A DNA stretch of 64,000 nt from Vulcanimicrobiales bacterium (GCA_038231455.1 JBBRLI010000008.1:32001-96000), one strand, 5' to 3'; counted from the first letter of the stretch, positions 39,634 through 49,645 are shown. The notes: generated from the sequence alone by a model not told the origin. Translations and numbers: made by a program.

Positions 39634-39676
39634 GGTGACGACTATCACCGTGGTCTGAGAGGGGGTCCCGTACGAT
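39634..39676 (+). promoter_or_regulatory. Crp-type box and -10 of the bchF promoter
   Basis: GGTGA-CGACTA-TCACC, then 21 nt, then TACGAT. Confidence 0.75.
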
Positions 39677-39685
39677 GATGGGGTC

Positions 39686-40159
39686 ATGCCGCTCACCAGT
39701 ATTGAAGAAGTCCGTGCTCGGCGCAAGGCAAGCGTGTGGACCAAGATCCACCCCATCTTTGCGCTCGGACAACTTCTCGCGTTTTTTGTTAGCGTCGGCC
39801 TCCTGGTCGCCTATTTCTTTGGGCGTGTCTCCTTTGCCGTCGTTCACGACGCGGTCATGACCAAGATCGGCCTGATGGTCGGGGCGGTCATCACCGGCGC
39901 CCTTTGGGAAAAAGACGTTTTCGGCTCGTACTGGTTTGCCGCCGAGTTTTTGGTTGAAGATGTCATGACGGTCAACGTCTTCATCTTGCAAATCGCCTAC
40001 GTGCTCATGGCCTACACGCACCCGGAGAACCTGGGTGTGATTCTCTGGGTCCTGGGCCTGGCGTACTTCGTCTATGTCGGCAACGTCGCGCAGTACATCG
40101 TGCGCACCGCCAACATGGGCAAGAAGCCGAACCCCGCCGCTTTGCAGATCGCTGCATGA
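39686..40159 (+). CDS. bchF: 3-vinyl bacteriochlorophyllide hydratase
   Basis: RR.ASVWT, TGALWEKDVFG, F.VED; position before bchC. Confidence 0.9.
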   Translation: MPLTSIEEVRARRKASVWTKIHPIFALGQLLAFFVSVGLLVAYFFGRVSFAVVHDAVMTKIGLMVGAVITGALWEKDVFGSYWFAAEFLVEDVMTVNVFILQIAYVLMAYTHPENLGVILWVLGLAYFVYVGNVAQYIVRTANMGKKPNPAALQIAA

Positions 40160-41121
40160 ACGGCGACCGCGCCGCGCGCGCCGTCGTCTTTGCAGAAGCT
40201 GGCCGCTTGGATCTTCGCGCGGTCACCCTGCGCGACTGCGCGCCCGATGAGGTGATCGTCGAGACGCGCTATTCCTCGATCTCTGCCGGCACCGAGCGCG
40301 TGCTGCTCGATGGCAAACTGCCGCCGATCCCGCACCTGGGCTATCCGCTTGTGCCGGGCTACGAAGCGGCGGGCGTCGTTACGCACTGCGGCGATGATGT
40401 CACCGAAGTCCACGTCGGCGATGAAGTCTTTGTCGGCGGCAGCATGTGCTACACCGATGTTGGCGCATTTTTCGGCGGCCAGTCCTCGCGGCTGATCAAG
40501 AAGGCCGCACAAGTTATTCCGCTGCACGGGATTCCGCTGGCGCATGCGCCGCTGCTCGCACTCGCGGCGACCTCGCTGCACGGCGTTCGGCGGGGCGGCG
40601 ACCTTGCTGGCAAATCGGTTGCCATCGTCGGCATGGGCGCGATCGGTCAGTTCGCTGCGCGCTTCGTTGCGACGATGGAGCCGGGCATGCTCTTCGAGGC
40701 CGACAAAAATCCGCAACGCCTCGGCCGCATCCCCGGTGCTCAAAGCCTTGACGTCAACGTGCAGACGCTGGCGGAAGCTGCGCCTGGTGGCGTCGATGTG
40801 ATTTTCGAGGGTACGGGCCACGGTCCGAATCTCGCCAATTGTGCAAAGGCCCTCAAGCCGGGCGGCACGATCGTCTTGCTGTCGTATTACGACACGCTCG
40901 AGACGCCGTTCATGGATCTCTTTGTCAAAGAAGCGACGCTCGTGACCGCTAAGGAATGGTCGCATGTCGACCTGCTCGGCGCGCGCGATTTGATTGCGAA
41001 CGGTGACGTCTCCGTCGCCGACCTCGCGGAAACGCTGTACCCCGTAGAACGCTACCAAGCGGCCTACGATGCAGCATTCGGAGACCCCTCAACCGTAAAG
41101 GTGATTCTGCAATGGGCGTAA
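40156..41121 (+). CDS. bchC: 3-hydroxyethyl bacteriochlorophyllide dehydrogenase
   Basis: ISAGTER, GYPLVPGYE, FGGQSS, ALAAT, KEW. Confidence 0.9.
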   Translation: MNGDRAARAVVFAEAGRLDLRAVTLRDCAPDEVIVETRYSSISAGTERVLLDGKLPPIPHLGYPLVPGYEAAGVVTHCGDDVTEVHVGDEVFVGGSMCYTDVGAFFGGQSSRLIKKAAQVIPLHGIPLAHAPLLALAATSLHGVRRGGDLAGKSVAIVGMGAIGQFAARFVATMEPGMLFEADKNPQRLGRIPGAQSLDVNVQTLAEAAPGGVDVIFEGTGHGPNLANCAKALKPGGTIVLLSYYDTLETPFMDLFVKEATLVTAKEWSHVDLLGARDLIANGDVSVADLAETLYPVERYQAAYDAAFGDPSTVKVILQWA

Positions 41122-42122
41122 GCAAAAATTCGACAGTCGCGGTGTATGGCAAAGGCGGCGCGGGGAAATCGTTCCTCACCTCCATGACGGCCAAGGCACT
41201 GACCGCGCGCGACAAACGCGTGTTGCAGATGGGCTGCGATCCCAAGCACGACTCGGTCGTGACGCACTTCGGCGGCGCGCTGATTCCCACGGTGCTCGGC
41301 ACGTGGGCGCAGTACGAAGCCGAAGGTAAAGCAGAAGAGCTCGCACCCGAACACATCATCTTTAAAGGCGGCGGCGTGTACTGCATCGAGCTCGGTGGAC
41401 CCGAGTCGGCGCGCGGTTGCGGCGGTCGCGGAATTACCTTCGGTTTCCAACTACTCGAGAAGTGGGGACTCTCGGAGTGGAACTTCGATTACATGCTGCT
41501 CGACTTCTTAGGTGACGTCGTCTGCGGCGGTTTCGGGACGCCGATCGCGCGTTCGATGGCCGACAAACTCATCATCGTCTGCAGCAACGAAGGCCAGTCG
41601 ATGTACGCTGCCAACAACATCGCCTCGGCCGTGCGCTACTTCGCCGATCAAGGCGGAAAGACGCGTTGCCTCGGCCTTGTCGTGAACAAAGACGACGGCT
41701 CGGGTAAAGCGGCAAAGATGGCCGAGTGGCTCGGAATTCCGGTCCTCGCGCACATGCCGCTCATCGATCAAGATAAAGTTCTTGTCGACGGCGTGCCGCA
41801 TCAGTCGATTCAAGACGCAGTCGCAAAAGTGATCACGGCAATCGACGAAGCGCCGACGTTCAATCCGAATAAAGTCGACTTCGTGCAATTCATGATGCAT
41901 CTCTCGGGCAACGCTGCGGAGATGGACGGGACCGCCGTCACGTCGGATGAACTCTGGAGCCTTCCCGAAATTATCAAGATGCCGGAAATGGCCGGCATTC
42001 CGAACGGCGGCGCAGCGGATCATCGCTACCTCGAAGCCGAGGGTGATGCAGACAAAGTGTTGATCCCGACCATCGTCAGCGTCGGCGGCGGCAACGTGCC
42101 CGCAGCCGCCTGGGAGAAGTAG
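41112..42122 (+). CDS. bchX: Chlorophyllide a reductase iron protein
   Basis: GKGGAGKS, GCDPKHD, ELGGPE..RGCGGRGI, DFLGDVVCGGF. Confidence 0.92.
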   Translation: MGVSKNSTVAVYGKGGAGKSFLTSMTAKALTARDKRVLQMGCDPKHDSVVTHFGGALIPTVLGTWAQYEAEGKAEELAPEHIIFKGGGVYCIELGGPESARGCGGRGITFGFQLLEKWGLSEWNFDYMLLDFLGDVVCGGFGTPIARSMADKLIIVCSNEGQSMYAANNIASAVRYFADQGGKTRCLGLVVNKDDGSGKAAKMAEWLGIPVLAHMPLIDQDKVLVDGVPHQSIQDAVAKVITAIDEAPTFNPNKVDFVQFMMHLSGNAAEMDGTAVTSDELWSLPEIIKMPEMAGIPNGGAADHRYLEAEGDADKVLIPTIVSVGGGNVPAAAWEK

Positions 42123-42144
42123 CATCTCAAAACAAGCGTCGTCG

Positions 42145-43461
42145 ATGTGCCCCGCGTTCGGGGCGATTCGCAATCTCTTGCGCATGGAAGATTCCATGCC
42201 GATCGTGATTTCGAGCGGCGATGGCTGTTTGTACGGACACACGTTCGTCGCGCACTTCTACGTTGCCAACCGGCCGGTGTTCTCACCAGGCGTGAGTTCG
42301 GAGATCTGGGCCAAAGGCTCGATGTTCGATGAACTCAAAGCGATGGTGCATCAGATGGCCGAGGAACATCAGCCCTCGATCATTCCGATCTGCTCGCTGT
42401 GCGTCTCCGATACCGTCGGTCTGCCGTTCGACTTGCTGCCCAAGCAAATCGGCAACACCGAGATTATTTACGTTCCGCTCCCCGCCTATAGCGTGCATAC
42501 GCACGCGCGCGCGAAAGACATCGTTGTCGATTCGCTCACCTGGCGTCTGCCCGCGCAGCGCAAGGCGCGTTCGGGGGTGAACCTGATTGGCGAAGTTTTC
42601 CCGAGCGATCCGATCAAAATCGATGAAGTGCTGCGCAAAATCGGCACGCACGTCAATACGCACGTCCCCGGCCCCAAATGGACGGACTACGTTGCGATGG
42701 TCGACGGCGCGATCAACGCACCGCTTCATCCATTTTACAGCGAATCGGTCAAGCGCATGAAGATGAAACAGGGACTGCCTTTCATCGAAGGCGCGCCGGT
42801 TGGTATCGACGGCACCTACACCTGGATCACGGGCGTTGCTGAGGCGATGAAGCTCGATGCGAAGACTGCTCTGTCCGTTGCGACCGAAGAACGCGAAAAA
42901 GTAAAAGCCGCGATGGCGGATTATCCGCTGCAAGGCCTCACGATGATGGTCGCGGGCTATGAAGGCCACGAGTTCTTGCTCGTACGCCTCTTGATCGAAG
43001 CCGGTGCCAAGGTTCCGTATCTCTCGACGTCCGTGAATACCAACCCGCTCGCACGTGTTGAAGAAGCCTGGCTTGCCGAACGCGGTTGCAAAGTGCTTTA
43101 CGGCGCAAACTTCGACGATGAAATCGGTGCCCTCACCGATCATCCGTACGATGTGGTCATCGGCACGACGCCGCTCTGCGCGCACGCAAAAGAACTCGGC
43201 ATCCCCTCGATTTACTACACGAACGCCCTTGCGACGCGCTCGATGATGTTTGCCGAAGGCGCCGCCGACATTCTCCAGCTCGTGATGCAGACGTACCGCG
43301 CGAAAGACCGTTACGACAAAATCGCGCGCTTCTTTGCCGATGGCGCAAAGCCAGTCCAGACGTACTCCGCGTGGGCGCCGAAGATCGATCTCACGACGCA
43401 CCTCATCGCGAACGACGCGATCGTCTCTCACGATGCAGCCGTTCCGAAAGCCGGCGTTTAG
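42145..43461 (+). CDS. bchY: Chlorophyllide a reductase subunit Y
   Basis: MCPAFG, CLYG.TF..HFY, LHPFY, GAPVG, GYEG.E, GTTP, YYTN. Confidence 0.92.
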   Translation: MCPAFGAIRNLLRMEDSMPIVISSGDGCLYGHTFVAHFYVANRPVFSPGVSSEIWAKGSMFDELKAMVHQMAEEHQPSIIPICSLCVSDTVGLPFDLLPKQIGNTEIIYVPLPAYSVHTHARAKDIVVDSLTWRLPAQRKARSGVNLIGEVFPSDPIKIDEVLRKIGTHVNTHVPGPKWTDYVAMVDGAINAPLHPFYSESVKRMKMKQGLPFIEGAPVGIDGTYTWITGVAEAMKLDAKTALSVATEEREKVKAAMADYPLQGLTMMVAGYEGHEFLLVRLLIEAGAKVPYLSTSVNTNPLARVEEAWLAERGCKVLYGANFDDEIGALTDHPYDVVIGTTPLCAHAKELGIPSIYYTNALATRSMMFAEGAADILQLVMQTYRAKDRYDKIARFFADGAKPVQTYSAWAPKIDLTTHLIANDAIVSHDAAVPKAGV

Positions 43462-45047
43462 TGGCGATCACCCCGCCCCGCACGCGCGCATCGAGCGAGC
43501 TGCAATCGGATGTCATCAATACCCCGATTCGTAAACGCGTCACCGACCTCGATCACGCCGGCGGCGATACGGGTGCGATGCAAGTGTTCGCCTCGCTCGG
43601 CGATGCCAACGTCGTGCTCGATGGACCCGTTGGCTGCCACGTCATGCCGGCGGTCGCCGTCATCAACTATACCGACTGCATTCCGTATTTGCAGAACGTT
43701 ACGTGCTCGGAACTCTCCGAGACCGAAGTAACGATCGCCGGAACGCTCGGTGCGCTCAAAGAAAAAGTTGCGCGCTCGCAAGTAGAAGGCCGGCAGGTCT
43801 TCATCGTCAGTACGCCCGTTTCCGAACTTATTGGCGCGTCGTGGACCACGATGGAAGCCCATATCAAAGGCTCCGCGCTGTTCTTTGATTCACATTCGCT
43901 CGATGATGATGAGTGGAAATCGCGCGACCGCGCGCTTTTGTTCCTCTGGGAGCACCGCGACCACTTCGTGCGGCCGGCCGACGTCGCGCCGCATCCCGCG
44001 AAGACGAAGCCGCGCGTCAATATCATCGGGCCGACGTACGGCAACTTTAATTCCTACAGCGATATCGCCGAACTCAAGCGGCTCATCGCCGGCATCGGCG
44101 CCGAGATCAATTTGATCTACCCGTTCGAATCGAAGGCGTACGACACGCCGCATCTCTCCGACGCCGATGCGACGATCGTGATGTACGAAGAGTACGGAAA
44201 ATCGATCGCACGCGAGATCGGGCTACCGACATTCAGCGGCCCAATCGGTCTTGAAGCGACGACGGAGTTTTTAGAAGGCCTCGGCAAAACACTTGGGCTC
44301 GAAGCCGAAGTCGCGGCGTTCATCTCGCACGAGAAGAAGACGACGCTTGCGGCCTGGCAAGATATCTGGCGTTCGACGCACAGCGATTTCTTCGCGAACA
44401 GCCCGATCGCCATCGTCGCGCCGCCAACGTATAAAGACGGCCTTACGAAATATCTTGGCGACGAACTCGGCCTGCCGATCGTGTATAGCGCGTATCGGAC
44501 CGGACCCGAGAGCACGCCGAGCGAAGAGGTTCGCATCGCTCTTCGCGAGCTAAGCCCTTCGCCAATGATGGTGTTCGGCTCGATCAACGAGCGCATGATT
44601 CTCGCGCAAGAAAAGATGCCAACGCGTTTTTCGCAGTGTTCGTTCCCCGGCGCCGTCGTGCGTCGCGCGACGGGAACGCCGTTTATGGGCTATGCAGGTG
44701 CCGTGTGGCTCTTGCAGCTCGTGTGCGAGATTCTCTTCGATACGCTCTTTGCGAACTTGCCGACCTCTGCATCGCCGCCGGTAAAAGCGACGATGCCGAC
44801 CGCGCAGTTGATGACGTCTGCAAGCGACGCAGAAGCCGGCGCAAAAGGCCGCAACAGCGTGCTGAGCTGGACCGATGAGGCAAAAGCCCTCACCGAGAAG
44901 ACGCTCAAGCGCGTTCCGTTCTTCGTACGCGTCTCGGTCAACAAGAAACTGCGTGCCGAGGCCGAATCGCTCGCACGCGAACGCGGGACGGACGTAGATC
45001 TTGCGGTGATCGAAGAGGTCACCGCGCGCTACGCTCCCGGGCGTTAG
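43461..45047 (+). CDS. bchZ: Chlorophyllide a reductase subunit Z
   Basis: D.AGG, DGPVGC, YTD, GSINER, SFPG...R.TGTPFMGYAGA, C-terminal PCP_red-like domain. TAGTG overlap with bchY. Confidence 0.92.
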   Translation: MAITPPRTRASSELQSDVINTPIRKRVTDLDHAGGDTGAMQVFASLGDANVVLDGPVGCHVMPAVAVINYTDCIPYLQNVTCSELSETEVTIAGTLGALKEKVARSQVEGRQVFIVSTPVSELIGASWTTMEAHIKGSALFFDSHSLDDDEWKSRDRALLFLWEHRDHFVRPADVAPHPAKTKPRVNIIGPTYGNFNSYSDIAELKRLIAGIGAEINLIYPFESKAYDTPHLSDADATIVMYEEYGKSIAREIGLPTFSGPIGLEATTEFLEGLGKTLGLEAEVAAFISHEKKTTLAAWQDIWRSTHSDFFANSPIAIVAPPTYKDGLTKYLGDELGLPIVYSAYRTGPESTPSEEVRIALRELSPSPMMVFGSINERMILAQEKMPTRFSQCSFPGAVVRRATGTPFMGYAGAVWLLQLVCEILFDTLFANLPTSASPPVKATMPTAQLMTSASDAEAGAKGRNSVLSWTDEAKALTEKTLKRVPFFVRVSVNKKLRAEAESLARERGTDVDLAVIEEVTARYAPGR

Positions 45048-45075
45048 CTCTCTCTCGCCCATCGACGACGACGCG

Positions 45076-45882
45076 TTGGTTCTCTTTGCCGCGACACGCC
45101 TGCGTGTGGGTGCGCGACGTTTGCGTGCACTCGCGCACGGCGATGCCGCTTCGGTGCGCGAATTCGTTCAGAATGATTCGGCACTCCGGCTTGCCGAAGC
45201 GCGCCGTGACGCGCGATCGGACCTCGAAGCACTTTACGCAGCGGGGGCGCGCGTGGTGACGATTCGTGATTGCGCCTACCCCGCCGGTTTGCTCGATCTT
45301 GCCGACCCCCCGGCGTTCTTATGCGTACGCGGCGCGTTGCCCGCGCGCGGGATCGCGGTTGTCGGAACACGCCGTCCGACGGACGCCGCACGCGTCTACA
45401 CGGAGAGGCTTGCGCGAGAGCTTAGGATGCCGATCGTGAGCGGTCTTGCGCTTGGGATCGATGCCGCCGCGCACCGTGGAGCGCTTGCCTCGGGCACGCC
45501 AACCATCGCGTATGTCGCCACCGGAATCGGGCAAACGTATCCACCCGAACACGCCGATCTCGCCGCCGAAATCGTCTCCGCCGGCGGAGCGATCGCAAGC
45601 GAGTTCTTACCCACGGCACGCCCGACGGCTTGGACATTCGTTCGGCGCGACCGGTTGCAGGCCGCGCATGCGCTGGCCACCGTGCTCGTCCAGAGCGAAC
45701 GTGACGGCGGCGCGATGCATACAATGGCAAGCGCCGAGCGCCTAAAGCGCAATCGTTTTGCGCTTTTGTCGAATGGAGATGCCGCATTTGCGGGGAACGC
45801 AGCATCGATCGCTCACGGCGCGACCCCGCTCTCCGATGATCCGTCCCATGCCGCTCGCGCGATCGCGCAGACTACGCACTAG
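45076..45882 (+). CDS. dprA: DNA-processing protein DprA (short form)
   Basis: YP..L..L.DPP, AVVGTR, VSGLALGIDAAAH, YPPEH, SEF. Confidence 0.85.
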   Translation: MVLFAATRLRVGARRLRALAHGDAASVREFVQNDSALRLAEARRDARSDLEALYAAGARVVTIRDCAYPAGLLDLADPPAFLCVRGALPARGIAVVGTRRPTDAARVYTERLARELRMPIVSGLALGIDAAAHRGALASGTPTIAYVATGIGQTYPPEHADLAAEIVSAGGAIASEFLPTARPTAWTFVRRDRLQAAHALATVLVQSERDGGAMHTMASAERLKRNRFALLSNGDAAFAGNAASIAHGATPLSDDPSHAARAIAQTTH

Positions 45883-45893
45883 AGGAGTCCGAC

Positions 45894-46310
45894 TTGTCTT
45901 CCCGCTTCAACGCGTTCGATCTCGAACGAGCAAAACGTCTGCATGGCGACGATCTCGACGTGCTTCCGTTTGGCGTGATCGTCGTCGATAAAAACGGCAC
46001 GGTCGTTGAGTACAACGCCTACGAGCGCGAGATGGCGAACATGGGAACGCGTCCGGTGATCGGGCTCAATTTTTTCCGGGACATCGCTCCCTGCACGGCG
46101 ATTCAGGAATTCCAGGGACGATTCAGAGAATTTCTCTTATCGACCGATACGAGCATCGAACCGTTTGAATTTCTCTTTCCGTTTTCGCGTGGGCCGCAAA
46201 AAGTCACCGTCGTCTTCGTGCGCCTCAGTAACGATAACGAACTCGGCACGATCTGCGTGATTCGCACCGACGCTCCAGAAGCGGCCGAAGAAATCGCCGC
46301 GGAGGCGTAA
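45894..46310 (+). CDS. pyp: Photoactive yellow protein homolog
   Basis: LDVLPFG, YNAYE (Y42/E46), IGLNFFRDIAPC (C69), F.GRF; AGAGGAG SD + TTG. Confidence 0.85.
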   Translation: MSSRFNAFDLERAKRLHGDDLDVLPFGVIVVDKNGTVVEYNAYEREMANMGTRPVIGLNFFRDIAPCTAIQEFQGRFREFLLSTDTSIEPFEFLFPFSRGPQKVTVVFVRLSNDNELGTICVIRTDAPEAAEEIAAEA

Positions 46311-47612
46311 ATGATCGCAAGCGGCTCACCGATCTTCGCGCGCGCCCGCGATGTTATTGCGGGCGGCGTCGATTCGCCGGTGCGTTCGGGTTGGGCCGTT
46401 GGCGGAGAACCGTTCATCCAAGCGCGCGGTTCGGGTGCCTATGCCTACGACCCGGCTGGCCGACGGTACATCGACTATCTCATGGCGTATGGTCCGCTCT
46501 TGCTCGGACACGGACACCCCGCGCTCACGCGGGGCCTGGAATCGGTGCTCGCCGCGGGTGCCGTCTTCGGCTCGACGCACGAAAGCGAGATCACACTCGC
46601 CGAGCGCGTACGCGGGCATCTCCCCTCGCTCGAGCGATTGCGCTTTACGACGACGGGTAGCGAAGCCGTCAGCGGCGCGATCCGCGTCGCACGCGCGTTC
46701 ACCGGCCGCGATGCGGTCCTAAAATTTGCGGGAAACTATCACGGTCACTTTGACCTTGCGCTGCTCGATGCGGGCGCATCGGCACACACGAGCGACGCGG
46801 CGCGGTCCGGCATTCCGCAGGCCGTCACGCACGATCTTGCTGTATCGCGCTACAACGATCTAGCCGATGTCGATCGGGCGCTCGGTCTCATCGATGATCG
46901 GCTTGCGGCGATCGTCGTCGAACCCATCGTCGGCAACATGGGCCTGGTCATGCCGCAGGCGGGTTTTCTTGCCGGTCTCATCGCGCGCGCACATGCACGC
47001 GGCGCACTCGTCATCTTCGATGAGATCATCACTTGGCTACGGCTCGGACTCGGCGGTGCGCAAGGTCGACTGGATCTTGCGCCGGACATGACGACGATTG
47101 GCAAAATTCTCGGTGGCGGTGTGCCGCTTGCGGCATTCGGCGGTCGTGCCGACGTGATGGCGATGCTCGCGCCGGATGGGCCGTGTTTTACCGGAGGAAC
47201 ACACGCCGGCAATCCGTTCTCCATCGCCCTTGGGCATCGGGTTCTGGATTTTCTCGAAAGCCGTCCCGCGGCATACACGCAGATGAATGCGCGAGCGGCG
47301 CGCCTCGCCGCGGGAATTCGCATGCTGCTGGCAGAGCGCTCGCTCGATTATGCCGTGCTGCAGCTCGAGAGCATCGTCGACTTCAAATTTCGCCCGGGGC
47401 CGCCGACCGCAAATTACGATGATGCGCGCGCAGCAGACAAGCGCGCGTTCGCCGCGTTCTATCATGCGATGCGCGAGCGTGGTATTCTCTTGGCACCCTC
47501 GCAAAATGAAGTGATGTTTCTCTCGACCGAGCACTCGGATGCCGACATCGAAGAAACGCTGCTCGCAATCGCCGGGTCGCTCGACGCCCTGCGCGCACAA
47601 GGACTCATCTGA
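46311..47612 (+). CDS. hemL: Glutamate-1-semialdehyde 2,1-aminomutase
   Basis: GGVDSPVR, GNYHGH, EPIVGNMG, FDE, GKILGGG. Confidence 0.9.
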   Translation: MIASGSPIFARARDVIAGGVDSPVRSGWAVGGEPFIQARGSGAYAYDPAGRRYIDYLMAYGPLLLGHGHPALTRGLESVLAAGAVFGSTHESEITLAERVRGHLPSLERLRFTTTGSEAVSGAIRVARAFTGRDAVLKFAGNYHGHFDLALLDAGASAHTSDAARSGIPQAVTHDLAVSRYNDLADVDRALGLIDDRLAAIVVEPIVGNMGLVMPQAGFLAGLIARAHARGALVIFDEIITWLRLGLGGAQGRLDLAPDMTTIGKILGGGVPLAAFGGRADVMAMLAPDGPCFTGGTHAGNPFSIALGHRVLDFLESRPAAYTQMNARAARLAAGIRMLLAERSLDYAVLQLESIVDFKFRPGPPTANYDDARAADKRAFAAFYHAMRERGILLAPSQNEVMFLSTEHSDADIEETLLAIAGSLDALRAQGLI

Positions 47613-47908
47613 TGGAAAAAACACAACTCATCGACACGATCGAAATTGCGACGCGTTTACAAGCCGAACTTCCCGGTTGGGTCTTTGGCGAGCAGTCGGC
47701 GCTGGAGAAGACGTTCGACTGCAAAAACTTCGACGGCTCGATCGCCTTCGTGAATGCGATCGCGAAGGTGTCAAACGAAGCGGATCATCACCCGAACTTG
47801 CGCGTTGAATGGAACGACGTGACGGTCATCCTTTCATCGCACGACGCCGGTGGCGTCACCGACCGTGATTTCGCACTCGCAAAGACGATCGAAAAACTCG
47901 CTATCTAG
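47612..47908 (+). CDS. phhB: Pterin-4-alpha-carbinolamine dehydratase
   Basis: DHHP, SHDAGGVTDRD..LA. Confidence 0.88.
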   Translation: MEKTQLIDTIEIATRLQAELPGWVFGEQSALEKTFDCKNFDGSIAFVNAIAKVSNEADHHPNLRVEWNDVTVILSSHDAGGVTDRDFALAKTIEKLAI

Positions 47909-49275
47909 CGAACGAGCGTCGGGAACGAGACGATGCTTTTGTGTCCTTGGGTATCAACGGCACGAACGCCGAATTGGTAGTTGTCTTTGGTCAGGTTCAG
48001 AGCGGTGTATGACGTCACGTTGCCGACGTTGCGGGCGTTGGTCCACTGCGATTCACTCGAACGTCGCCACACGACTTCGTAGCTGGCCGCGCCGCTGCTG
48101 GCGATCCACTTCAGAACCGTATCGTACACGTAGGGCGGATTCGTGGTCGTCACGCGTTTCGGTTTTGCGGGTGCCGACGCGAGCGATGCCATGATCGAGG
48201 CATTGATCTGTGTGACGCGCGCGAGGTAATCGAAATCCATGAACTCCAGTAAATCACCGTACTGGATACCGTTTTCGACGCGAACGTCTTGATGCTGATG
48301 ATCGAAATTTTCCGCGGCCTCGGTGAAGCGCACGGCGGCAAAGCCCTGCTCGTTGAATGCTTCGTGATCGCCGCCGCGACCGTAGCGATCGGCTCGGTAC
48401 TGCATGTCCACGTGCATCGTCGGCACGTACGCTTCGCCGATTTCTTTTGAGAAGCGGGCCACCTGGCGCGATGGCGAGTCGTTTTCTAAGCCGTAGAGAT
48501 TGACGTCTTTGAGTACGGCTGAGGGCGGAAGCGATTCGCTAAAGAGTCGGACGAGATTGCCGCGTTTGATGCCGTCGTGCCCGACCGAGGCACCCATGAT
48601 GTCGTTGTTGATATCCGCATCGACCGTTGTTTTTGCCGCCGAGAGCGAGCGCGCAAGATGCTCCGCACCGAGTAGTCCCTGTTCTTCGGAATCGAACGTA
48701 CAGAAGAGAATCGTTCCTCGGAAGTGCAGCGGCGCAAGGACGCGTGCGGCCTCGACGACCGCGGAGGATCCCGAACCGTTGTCATCGGCGCCCGGAGCGT
48801 CTTTGATCGCGTCATCGTTCGATGAATTGCGCGAATCCATATGCGAGGTCATGAGGTAGATCGGCCCGGTGGGATCGTCGCCTTTGAGCGTCGCAACGAC
48901 GCTCGAAATAAGGACGTCGCGCGGGATCCGATTGGCATCGGCTGGTTGAACGTGTTCGTCGTATGCGACCGTCAGTCGACCACCCGAGCTCTTCGCTATC
49001 TCGCGGAACTGCGATGCAATGAAGTCGCGCGCGGCAAAGATGCCGCGCTTTGGGCCCATGGCCTCGGAAAACGTACTGCGCGTCCCAAACGCGACGAGCT
49101 TCGTGTCGAACGTGCGTAGACGTTCGGGCGACACCTTTGCGATTGCCGCAGCGATAGCGGGATCGATTGTGACGGCCGGAAGCGGATCGGCAGACTGCGC
49201 CGATGCAAGCGAGGGAAGCAACAGAGCGGCGGCCGCGGCGGCGCCGAGTACGCGCGAAATGAACGGTGTGGTCAT
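47905..49275 (-). CDS. Secreted M28 peptidase with C-terminal Fn3-like domain
   Basis: SHMDS, PGADDNGSG, EEQGLLG, NNDI, GGDH. Confidence 0.88.
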   Translation of the reverse strand: MTTPFISRVLGAAAAAALLLPSLASAQSADPLPAVTIDPAIAAAIAKVSPERLRTFDTKLVAFGTRSTFSEAMGPKRGIFAARDFIASQFREIAKSSGGRLTVAYDEHVQPADANRIPRDVLISSVVATLKGDDPTGPIYLMTSHMDSRNSSNDDAIKDAPGADDNGSGSSAVVEAARVLAPLHFRGTILFCTFDSEEQGLLGAEHLARSLSAAKTTVDADINNDIMGASVGHDGIKRGNLVRLFSESLPPSAVLKDVNLYGLENDSPSRQVARFSKEIGEAYVPTMHVDMQYRADRYGRGGDHEAFNEQGFAAVRFTEAAENFDHQHQDVRVENGIQYGDLLEFMDFDYLARVTQINASIMASLASAPAKPKRVTTTNPPYVYDTVLKWIASSGAASYEVVWRRSSESQWTNARNVGNVTSYTALNLTKDNYQFGVRAVDTQGHKSIVSFPTLVR

Positions 49276-49319
49276 AGACGCGCCTTCGCAAGCGTGCGGC
49301 GCGTCCCTGTTCGTGCCAG

Positions 49320-49529
49320 CTAGTGGCTTGCGGTGATCAACGGTGTTCCGTAGCGGTCGGTGTCGCTATCCCGGTCGACTTTGCGCGTCAAGCGAGGTGC
49401 GAGGCCGTCGAGTTCTGCTTTTCCGCGTGCGATCATTAGGAGCATCACGCCGTGGACGGCGACCACGCTCAGCAGTGCCGCTCCCATGAGCACTTCGTTC
49501 ACGAGGGTGAGTCCGCGATTGTCTTTCAT
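49320..49529 (-). CDS. 69-aa single-TM protein with intramembrane His
   Basis: GAGGAG SD before ATG 49529; VLMGAALLSVVAVHGVMLLMIA. Confidence 0.65.
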   Translation of the reverse strand: MKDNRGLTLVNEVLMGAALLSVVAVHGVMLLMIARGKAELDGLAPRLTRKVDRDSDTDRYGTPLITASH

Positions 49530-49645
49530 GTGGTATCTCCTCAGACTCAAGGCTACCGCGCGGACGTCCGCCCTTCGTGAACGCGCTGTTCGCAGGCCCT
49601 GAGAGCTCTTCGCGCGCCGTTCTCAACCATCGGTCAAGCGGGCGA

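Noticed and set aside
41112-45047. Nitrogenase nifHDK or bchL
   Set aside because: RGCGGRGI with DFLGDVVCGGF, MCPAFG and DGPVGC motifs and the bchFC context identify bchXYZ
49320-49529. CsmA or a standard LH2 peptide
   Set aside because: No GHW motif, no AxxxH or C-terminal Trp
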